Positions 37,226 through 46,829 of a stretch of DNA of 64,000 bases are shown here, piece by piece (position 1 is the stretch's first letter; every line of letters begins with the position of its first letter). Source of the stretch: Entomortierella parvispora E1425 (lineage: Eukaryota > Fungi > Mortierellomycota); contig BQFW01000006.1 of NCBI GenBank assembly GCA_020891255.1, positions 2,046,001 to 2,110,000 of the forward strand, in the 5' to 3' direction. Made by a program: the position numbers and the translations under genes. The notes under the pieces are model-generated. The model saw only the letters and a list, made by a program, of their open reading frames with translations, had not been told where the DNA came from and ran no database searches.

Positions 37226-38896
37226 CTACTCTTCTTCACTCTCCTCATCTTCATCCTCTTCATCTTCGTCCTCCTCATCTTCGTCCTCTTCCCCTTCCTC
37301 TTCCTCATCTTCGCCTTCACGCTCCAAAGAATACTTCCAATCCTCGGCAGGTGCCCCTAGGAGGTGCGCCTTGCAGGCATGCAGCGCGTCCTTCCATAAG
37401 GTGATCAGCTGTTTTTGGGAGATGGAAGAGAGGTGGAGCCACAATTGGTCTTTCAGCTTCTGAGGCGACGTTTCGGTGGCGGGATGAGAAGCCATGGGCT
37501 TTTTGGCCAGAGTCCACACGCTCTCGATGGGTTGAACCTCACTGTGGTAAGGAGGCGTGATCATAATCCTGTGCCCATACTCTTTTGCGATTCTGGAGCA
37601 CACTGTGACCGCAGGCCAGTCAAGACCCTCCAGGTAATCCATAATCTCCTTCACGGTATGGCTCTTGCCCTTGGAAGGTGGGACATCAATGCCGTTTTCC
37701 TTTACCCACGCAAGGAGCTCTGGCTTCCTTGTCATGTTGTTTGGTTTCGGTTTTAGGTTCTCTTCCCGTGTATGATACTTGGATTCGTCCATGTGAATGA
37801 TACATCCAGTCCTGTAGGTTTCTTGGAGGGTCTCGCAAAGTCGTTCAAAGAACTTTTCAAAGAGTTCGGCATTGAAGTCCCCGTGATAATTTGTTGTATC
37901 GGGTAGATCGCCCACTTCAGAGGGAGTATGCGGACTCTTCCTGGGTCGACCTCTCTTTCTTCTCTGCATGGGCTCTGCCTCCACTTCTTGGATCTCTTCC
38001 ACTGCCTGGGTGTTCTTGGCTGGTCGACCCCTCTTTCTCTTCTGGACATTTTCAACCGCCTTGGTCTTTTGTAAATCTTGGGCAACTTTGGACGCTTTCG
38101 TTTCCTCCCTCTCCTCATTCACATTGCCCGCTGACGAAGAAAGGCGGGATGACTCATCGATCTGCCAAATGTAAAGGCAGCTCTTGATGATCTCTGCTTG
38201 AAGTCTGCCTCCATTGTCGTAAACAATAAAGGCTCCCAACATGGCCATGACTGGAACCTTTTCATTCTGCGGTACCGTTTCTTTGGGGAAGTACCACCCC
38301 AGGTTCGTGTTTAGTCCCTTGCCGTAATAGGACTCGCCCAAGAAGACCTCGGGGACATTGGGACTCGGAGAATGATCCAATCGACTGATGTTTTCCAAGC
38401 GCTCTTTAGAATAGGTCAAGCGACATTGAACGTTTTGGGGCGAGCTATAATCACGATGACGACGCTTGTCGGATCCAAAACAAAGACCAAGGGCGCGGAA
38501 CCGACGGTCGAGAGTGGATCTGGACATGAGAATAGGGGGGTCCAGTGAACTCAGGTAAGTGACGATGGTCTGAAGGGAGACATGTTTCCCAGCCCGGTTC
38601 TGTTCTTGGATATGAGCGCGTACAATCTCCAGAAAGGTTGGATCCAATTTCTTGGTCCAGCCCGACGTGGTGCGGATCGAGGCGGGCGGCCGCTCGCCTG
38701 ACTTCCAGTAACGGACAATCTCTCGGGCTTGATGCGTGCCAATCCCAAGGGCCTTGCGCAACCACTCCCGGGATTTGGGTAGTTTACGGCGAGGGTCCTC
38801 GAGGATCTGGTCGTTGATGAAGTTGCAGAGGTTGATAATACCGATGATTTCGTTCGAAGTGAACGGGTTTTGGTACCGTTTCGTTGGCTTGTGCAT
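37226..38896 (-). mobile_element. IS630-Tc1-mariner (Sailor-like, DD87E) transposase-derived ORF, 556 aa, intronless, first catalytic Asp replaced by Gly
   Basis: HTH-like N-terminus (SLQTIV...MSRSTLDRRFRALGL); VFLGESY (canonical [VI]YLDES); NYHGDFNAELFEKFF; IIHMDESKYH; ITPPYHSEVQPIESVW; two RGRP AT-hooks; acidic tail. No convincing TIRs. Confidence 0.8.
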
Positions 38897-38899
38897 GGT

Positions 38900-38935
38900 G
38901 AATGGAGAGAGGAATGGAGAGAGGAATGGAGAGAG
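38900..38935. repeat. Three exact 12-bp copies of GAATGGAGAGAG (CTCTCTCCATTC on the coding strand) just upstream of the transposase ATG
   Basis: Read directly. Confidence 0.9.
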
Positions 38936-39229
38936 AGCGGCATGAGCATGAATGAGCCCAAAAAAGAAAAAAGAAAAAAAATGAATCGCGAGCTCAAAAA
39001 TGGCACCAAAACGCGAGCTGTGTGCCTGCATTCCAAGCCACACAAACAAAGGGGACGCGAATTTTTGTACGCTTGAAATCGAAACAGTTGCCGCGGCTCC
39101 ATGAGATGAAATTTCAACTGAGGAGACCATTCAACAAGGATGCAGATCATTGTCCTCACTTGTGGACTAGAAGTATTGAGTGAGATGTCCTTCCTCTTTA
39201 CTATGACCAGATCAGTCTCCATTCACTGC

Positions 39230-41062
39230 CTAACTATTCTGATATAGTGAATTAATGTTCTTCTTCGCAGTGGCGTGTCCTTGCTCTGCCGCCTTCCAAT
39301 ACCATTCCATAGCTTTCTGGTTGTCCTGAGGAACCCCCAAACCATAGTGGTACATGTAACCAATGTTATTTTGGGCAACGGCGTCTCCTTGCCTTGCAGC
39401 CTTCAAAAACCATTCCATTGCCTTCTCGTAGTTTTGCGAGACGCCGTCACCATACTGAAACAGCAGCCCAATGTCGCACTGAGCAACCGCGAGTCCTTGT
39501 TCGGCAGCCTTCAAATACCAACTCATGGCTTTCCGGTAGTCTTGCGAAACACCTTTGCCATCCTGATACATACAGCCAACGTTGTACTGAGCAGTAACCT
39601 CTCCTTGATCAGCAGCCTTCCTCAACCACTCCATGGCTTTCTGATAGTTCTGTGGAGCGCCCTCTCCATACTGGTACATCAAACCAATGTTCTTCTGTGC
39701 AACGGGGTCTCCTTGATCAGCGGCCTTTAAATACCAATCCATGGCTTGCTGATAGTCCTGCGAAACACCTTTGCCATGTTGGTACATCTTGGCTAAAAGG
39801 GCCTGGGAGACCACATCTCCTTGCTCAGCCGCCTTTAAGTGCCACTCTACTGCTTTAAGGTAGTCCTGCAAAACACCTTGGCCCATCTGGTACATGAATC
39901 CAATGTTGCACTGAGCTCTGGCATGTCCTTGTTCCGCGGCCTTCAAGAACCACTCCATGGCTTTCTGATAGTTCTGTAAAACACCTTGGCCGGTCTGGTA
40001 CAACTCCCCCAGGAAGCTCTGAGCACTGGCGTTTCCTTGTTCGGAGGCCTTCAAATACCACTCCACGGCCTTCTCGTAATCTTGCTCAACACCTTTACCC
40101 TTCCGGTACATGGTACCGATGTTGCTCTGGGAAATAGCGTCTCCTTGCTTTGCAGCTTTTAGATACCACTCCATGGCACTCTGGTAATCCTGCGAAACAC
40201 CCCGCCCATCTTGGTACAAGATTCCAACGTAGTTCTGGGCAGTGATATGTCCTTGCTTTGCCGCCTTGAGATACCACTCCATCGCTTTGTGGTAGTCCTG
40301 TGGAATGCCCAGCTCCTCCTGGTACATGAATCCAATGCTGTATTGGGCAGTGGCATGCCCTTGATTGGCAGCCTTCAGGTACCATTCCATGGCCTTGTCA
40401 TAGTCTTGAGGGACCCCATTTCCACCATAGTACAGGTTGCCCACGTTTTTCAGTGCAGAAGCATGTCCTTGATCGACCGCCTTCAAGTACCATTCGGCGG
40501 CCTTGACAAAATCCTGAGACACCCCGAGACCCTCATGGTACATGTTGCCGGCGTAGTTCTGTGCAGTGGCGTGTCCCTGCTCAGCAGATTTGAGGTAGCA
40601 CTCCATTGCCTTGGTATAGTCCTGTGGAGCGTCTTTGCCATAGTAGTACATGACTCCCAGGCAGAATAGAGCATTGGCATTCCCTTGGTCCGCAGCCTTC
40701 ATGTACCACCTCATGGCCATTGAATTGTCGAGTGGAACGCCTCTATCATGCTGATAAAGGAAGCCTAGATTGTACTGGGCTACGGCGTGTCCTTGGCCAG
40801 CCGCCTTTGAATACCATGCTGCAGCCTTCTGATAGTCCTGGGTAACACCGTCGCCTTCACCGGTCCTGAGCTCCTCAACGTCTACAAGTTTGAGAAGAGC
40901 GGCGTGTGTCTGCTATATGAATCGCGTCGAATAACGTGGCCACAGCCTCCAAAAGTCGTGGCCTGTACCTTTTCCTCGCTCTCGAGACTTGCATCCGCAT
41001 GTTAAAATTCGACGTGACCAAGATCCAAATGTTCTGATTTGGGGGTTGAGAAATGTCAGCAT
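39230..41062 (-). CDS. Sel1-like repeat protein: 14 complete 36-aa repeats plus partial end repeats, short unique first exon
   Basis: Consensus A.AQ..lG.mY..G.GV.QDY.KAmEWYLKAAeQG. The frame stays open upstream of the track's 40720 start to an acceptor at 40881. A GT-AG intron 40882-40968 joins it in phase to MLTFLNPQIRTFGSWSRRILTCGCKSRERGK (start 41062 or 41104). Confidence 0.88.
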
Positions 41063-41324
41063 CTGCAGAGAGGACCCGCACTTTGCATACCGAGGCTCCC
41101 ACAACCATGGCAGAGATCAGACTCATCAGCGGAAAGCGCCATCTCGGTCATCGTGGCCGGCCTGACTGGCACAAGCCATCGATCAGTCCATTCAGTGGTC
41201 ACACCTGCATCGATCAAGAAAGCAGACAAGTACTTGAAGGACTCTCTTCCTTTTCTCTTTCTTTGTTCCTCACTTTCCCGCCACTCCCTTCTGCCGATTT
41301 TCAATACATCCACCTTCAAGAACT

Positions 41325-41946
41325 ATGTGTCACGGTAAGAACGAAGCGGTGCTAGAAAAAACCCAAACAACAAGTTTTTTTTTCTAATCTTCAACATCAT
41401 GTTTTAGCATCTGCCAACCAGACCGTCTGCCGCGTCAGCGGTTGCAATTTCCCCATCGCCATCGATGAAAAGCGAGGCATCCGTCACGGTTATTGCTCCA
41501 TCAAGTGCGCCCGAGCCAGTGGTGAGACCATCCGTGCAGATCAGTACGCTGTCCAGGCCAAAAAGGAAAAGGCCCCTGTGCCCGCCATCAACGAGGCCCT
41601 GAACATGGTGTCCTACATGAGGACCTTGGTGGAAAGAGTCAAGGAAGACGACCACAAGAGGGCTGTCAAAGCCAAGGAAGAAGAGGACCTCAAGAAGGCA
41701 AACAAGGCCAAGAAGGAGGAAGCGCGGAAGCTTGAAATCGAGTCCAAGAAGGCGGCCCGCAGACTCGAGCGCGATGCCAAAGCGGCAGCTGCCAACAGCG
41801 CTCAGCAGGCTCAGGGTCCAGCTCCGCCCCAGCTCTCAGAACAGCAGAACGTGACCCACGAGTTTACTCCTGTGCGTCTTTTGCTGAGTCCTGAAGCAGC
41901 GAGCGAGGGTGAAGTGGTCTTTGTCCACACAACCAACCGAGTATAA
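41325..41946 (+). CDS. Small protein with an N-terminal Cys/His (putative zinc-binding) motif and a Lys/Glu/Ala coiled coil
   Basis: Exon 41325-41334, intron 41335-41407 and exon 41408-41946 give MCHASANQTVCRVSGCNFPIAIDEKRGIRHGYCSIKCARASG...KEDDHKRAVKAKEEEDLKKANKAKKEEARK... Confidence 0.7.
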
Positions 41947-42113
41947 ACGGGAGTTTTCCTCTTGCGACCCTAGCGATGTACGCACTCCCTGTTAATACTC
42001 GCACAATAGCTCGTTGTTCTATAAAAAAATCTGAAAGAGCCAGCATTCGTCGTGGTATCAAAAGTCAATGGGGGAAAGAGGATTCTCTTTTTTTATTGTA
42101 CAAAATAACATGG

Positions 42114-42903
42114 TTATTGTTTCGCGCTCTTGATCGCCTTTGCGATTTCTGGCCCAAAGTCCATGACGGATTGGAATTGTTCCGCAGTTAAAGAAATGCC
42201 CTTCTTTCCTGGCTTGGATTCACCACTCTTGTCCTGGTAATACTCGCGAATGTCGATCAAGATCATATTCTTCCAAGGTCGGACCGTCAGTCGTTTCTTT
42301 GGCCCCAGCTATCATGTAGATCATAATGGGGCACGCGTTAGAGAAAGCTGCGCACAATTTGTTTTCTCTGATCTGTCATTGCATGCTCTCATCTTTTTAC
42401 CTCAAAGAAGGTCTCTCCTTCCGAGTTCTTGTGTGCTACCGCAGACGAAGTCGATGCCTGCAGATAGAATAAACAAAAAAAAAAAAATAAAAAAAATACT
42501 TCAACTAAACAACCCCCCTGCCAGTTACAAAGCAGCCATGATCCCTTTCCTCTCTTACTGGTGTGGGCTCGGGTGCGGATCTCTCCTCTTTGTACTCTTG
42601 TTCGTCAAACGTTTCGTCCTCGTCCTGAGGTTCCTCTTTCTTGACCTTGAGCTTTTCTCGGGGCTCTCTCTTGAGAGCCTTTTCTTTCCTGACAGCGGTA
42701 TCTGGATCAACCTACAGGTTGACAGAGAGAGAGAGATCTCGTTCAGCAACTGATGCATGGCATGATCATGTCATTCGTCGCGTCATGACCGACAAGTCCT
42801 CATGTAAAAGAGTATAGCGCACCTTGACGCCGTACTCGCCGTCGCCGTCCTCTGGGTCCGAGTCCTGGATGACAAAGGGGCGCTTCTTATTGTCGCTGGA
42901 CAT
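42114..42903 (-). CDS. SUB1: Transcriptional coactivator PC4/Sub1 (ssDNA-binding), 4 exons
   Basis: Spliced C-terminus KNSEGETFFE|LGPKKRLTVRPWKNMILIDIREYYQDKSGESKPGKKGISLTAEQF is the PC4 domain. Missed by the ORF track. Confidence 0.92.
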
Positions 42904-43037
42904 GGCTGTTGTTGGTCCTGTGCTGTACTTTCTTGGTTCCTGTTGTTTCGTGGTGGCGTGAAGAGTCCAACCTTGACCCTTGCCCTTCTTGCCTCCATTT
43001 TGAAGACCAAAATAGCAGTCACGAAGCTACGTGCCCA

Positions 43038-43044
43038 TATAAAA
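43038..43044 (+). promoter_or_regulatory. Candidate TATA box of the F-box gene
   Basis: TATAAAA about 45 bp upstream of the ATG at 43088, inside the ~185-bp SUB1/F-box divergent spacer. Confidence 0.45.
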
Positions 43045-43087
43045 GGTGCCCAAACGCGTTCATTTTGTTTTGTTCTCTGCTCTCTCC

Positions 43088-44643
43088 ATGCCGACCATGT
43101 CCACCGAGCAACTCGACCAACAGCATCAGCAGCACCTGTGTGCCCTGAGACCTCAGACTCGACTGGAGTCTTTGGTTCCCTCTGAAATTGTACGACTCAT
43201 TGGCTCCTTCATGAGCTTGCGGTCCCTTCTCAACGCGCTTGGCGTCTGTCATCAATGGCACAACTGCCTCCTCCCGCTGGTGTGTGTCTCTCTCAAAGTA
43301 AACGCATGGAATCCACTCTTCAAAAGGGAGGAATATAAGCAACACCTCCTTTGTGTCAAGTATCTCGACATTACATTTGTCAGTTTCTCAACTGACAGGA
43401 CAATTGACTGTCCCAACCTGCTTTCTCTCAAGGCTTTTCTCAGGAAGTCTTCTTGGTCCCCACACTGGTACGAAATGGATTTCCTCATGCAGGCCCCAAA
43501 GTCGCTTCAGTGTCTCAGGATTGAGAACAACACTTCGACTGAGCTCTTGGATGCGCTTGTCTTCTTTGAACATCTAGAAGAGCTGCATCTTTCATTACAG
43601 AACTGTACTCCTCCGAAATGGGTGGATCTCTATGAGCCGCTCTGGTCACGTCTGCGAGTCCTGTCGATGAATTTGATAGATGCTGATCAAGACGATGACA
43701 GCTTGGCCAACACTGCGTCGATGGAGAGACTGCGACAGGCAGGACCGACCAGGCTAACCGAACTGAACTTGAACCTGAGTGTGAACTACGAGATATCCTC
43801 TTTCTATCCATTCCTCGTTGAACTGATGTTGAAGAGTCCTAATCTAGTGAGGTTAGGTTGGACCTTTCGGCTTTGTTCTTTCCCAGTGACTCCAAAGGAA
43901 ACATTTGCCAATGCCCTTCGCTCGAGACAAATGTGCAAACAGATTGAGTATCTTGATTTCCGAGGCGACTTTCTGGACCATACAGATCTGGAAGTCATGC
44001 TGGAGACTACGACTGGACTGAAAGGACTTCAACTGGACTGTTATTCCTTCGACGAAAGATCATGGGCGATACTCAAGGGCAACTTTCCGCGCTGTCTGGA
44101 GACTCTGACCTATCTGGATGTGCGAGGTTGCAGTGTCCCAGCAGAAATGGCCATTGAGATGCTTTTCACTTTTATGAACTTGGAGACCTTCATGGCAGTC
44201 GGTATCAAGGATACTGACATTGAACGCGCTCGGGTTTCTCAAGGTCCATGGGTCTGCAGACGCCTGACGAGACTACAGCTGGGTGTTATTCCGGCGGCAG
44301 ATGGAACTGTTCCTCACTTCCTGGCTCAGGTTGCACTACTGGACCGTCTTGAAATTTGGTCTCTAGATTTCTATTTTCAGAGGAGAGATTCATATGACAT
44401 CGGTCGCCACCGTCCTGGGGACCGCAATATCGAGTTGTCATTGGAAACGGGCTTGGATACTTTGAAAAATCTTCGAAATCTGAAGGTGTTTGAGGGATCC
44501 GTTGTAGCGTACAAAAAGATCCATTGGCAAGAGGCTGAGGTACAATGGGTTTTGAAGCACTGGGTCAGCCTGGAAACTATTCGGAATGTTTCTATTGAGC
44601 GAGGGGATTGGGCTGCTCTGAAGAAACAATACATCACCAAGCG

Positions 44644-44647
<4 letters not shown>
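43088..44647 (+). CDS. Intronless F-box/LRR (RNI-like) protein of the Mortierella-expanded type
   Basis: F-box-like LVPSEIVRLIGSFMSLRSLLNALGVCHQWH; Leu-rich repeats; C-terminal PWVCRRLTRLQL and LELSLETGLDTLKNLRNLK-type motif (IELSLETGLDTLKNLRNLK)...WVLKHWVSLE. Confidence 0.85.

Positions 44648-44683
<36 letters not shown>
44646..44683 (+). repeat. Poly(A)38 tract starting within the F-box TAA stop codon
   Basis: Read directly. Confidence 0.9.
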
Positions 44684-44685
<2 letters not shown>

Positions 44686-44857
44686 AAGAAAAGACGGTGT
44701 GGAAATATCCAAAGACGCCGACAAAGGCTCCATCTTTCCTTGCCAAGAATCCAAACACATAGCAACTATGTTGAGTGAAGAAATATATTTTGTACAAATT
44801 CTCAAATATCTTTTGCTTGTTTGTGGCGGGTATATAAAAAAATCTCTGCGATGCCAT

Positions 44858-46829
44858 TTAGCGCTTGGACTCGAGCATGCTTTCGTGGACCGACTGGGCC
44901 TCGACCTGCATGTCCTCGATCTCCTTGTTGGTGGGGGTAGGCCCATGGCGGTCAATGATGGGCTCGGACGACATGGGAGGGTTGGAGGGCAATAGAGCGT
45001 TCAAGAGGCAGCTAACGATCGCTCCCAGAGCAAAGCCTGTGTCCAAGACAATATTAACCGACGTGATCAACGAATTCAAGAAATCAGAGTCGCCATCGTA
45101 GGTGATCATATAGGTGAAGACACCAGGCACCAAAGCGGTGCCGAGACCCAAGGTCATGGAAGCGGCGACAATAAAACGATCACGACGCGTCCAGGACAAG
45201 AAGGACAAGATACGGATACCAGAGACGACCACGCTGGCAAACAAGAAGGTGGTCATACCTCCGAGAACGGGATCCGGCAACATGAGGAACAAGGCTCCGA
45301 ATTTGGAGAAGACACCCATAAGGATCAAGAAGAAGCAGCACATGTAACCGGCCATGGTGTTGGCACAGCGGGTCAATGAGATGATTCCGTTGTTCTGGGC
45401 GTAGCAACTCATGGGTGAGTTCATCATCAAGGGAGCGAGAAGACCGGCGACACCATCAGCAAAGATTCCGCCCTGAAGGCGACTCTCGAACTCGCGACCC
45501 TCGACGGTCAAATGGGAGACCTCGCAGGAGGCTGTGATATCCCCAATGGACTCGACCATCGCCAAGACGTACGTGATCAGTAACGGGATGATCGCTGGAG
45601 GGTACACGGAGATCTTGTAGGTTGTTGTCCAAAGGAAAGTGACAGTGGGCGAGGCCTGGATCGAGGCTGAGGTTGTGTAGCCCATCGCGACAGAGACAAT
45701 CATACCGACAATCAATCCAATCACGACCTGAGCATTCTTCATGAAGGGCGATCCAAAGAACTCGACGAGCAAGATCACGAAAAAGACGAGGAAACCAAGA
45801 CCGACCCATTGACCCGATCCCCAAGGGGCCGCACGAGGTGCCCCAACCTGAGGACAATCAACAAACAGGCCAGAGGTGGGGCGTGACAGACAAGGGCCGC
45901 TTCCACCACCCCACTCCTGCATGCCGGATGTAACCAGGTTGACTCCGATCAAGGCGACAGTAACACCGGTGACGATTGGAGGGAAGACCTTCTTCAACAA
46001 GCGAGGGGGAACAAACGACAACATGATTGGTAAGATACTGCACACCATGCAGGTGCCGAGGTAAGCACCCCAGGCATCTGGGCAAGGCTCAAAGATCTGC
46101 GTTCCAGTAGAGTCGATGCTGCTCTTGCAGTATCCAGACTTGTACATGTTGGTAACCGAGGTTTGGAGAACAGGCAGGTAGATAAAACTTGTGCCCACGA
46201 CTGACAAGAGACCCGTGCCCAAGTAGTACTGGGTCTTGGCGAGACGGAAACGGGTGATCTGGACAAGGGACAAGAGACCCGAGGTGATCAACGAAGTGGA
46301 AATCATTTGGGTGCGATCTGTAGGAGACAAGTTGAGACCGTTGATGCCGCTGCCGGACATGAGAATGGCTGGGGTCACAACACCAGCAATCATGGCCAGC
46401 GAGTGCTGGAAACCTATAAACGAGAATGAGTCAAGAGGGCAAGGGCAAGGTTAGCAAAACCATGTGGACACCGTAAGTCAGAATTGAAAGATAAGACTTC
46501 TTTTTCTCCCTCATGTTAATTGGTTCTTCCCCCCTCTCCTTACCCATGATGATGGCGAGAACAAGAGGCAGACGATCCTTCAAACCAAAGAAGGGTGGGA
46601 TCCGAGGAACCGAAAAGCCAGGAAGGGTGGGCATGCAAAGGAACCCATAGTCGTAGTCTCCGAACCAACCGGTGCGAGTTCCGATGGACTCTTGAATCGT
46701 CTGCCAGGAAGGCATCTTGCCTGTTGTGTGAGAGAGATCAATGTCTTCTTCCCTTGTCCGATTTGCATGTGGATCAAGGATATAGACGGGCGAAGGCGTG
46801 GGCGCCTGTTCCTGTGTGATTTCAGCCAT
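44858..46829 (-). CDS. uapA: Uric acid/xanthine permease (NAT/NCS2 family, UapA-like), 2 exons
   Basis: PFFGLKDRLPLVLAIIMG|FQHSLAMIAGVVTP; ESIGDITASCEVS; NAT signature YAQNNGIISLTRCAN; multiple TM helices. Confidence 0.93.

Noticed and set aside
36950-39170. Possible degenerate TIR pair CTAGTGTACAAGT (36950-36962) / ACTTGTGGACTAG (39158-39170) around the transposase ORF
   Set aside because: 11/13 match; about one such pair is expected by chance when comparing two ~300-bp flanks, and it does not extend.
39230-40880. 108-bp periodicity as a CRISPR-like array or bacterial contamination
   Set aside because: The periodicity is protein-level Sel1 repeats in one frame; the gene has a spliceosomal intron and is flanked by fungal genes.
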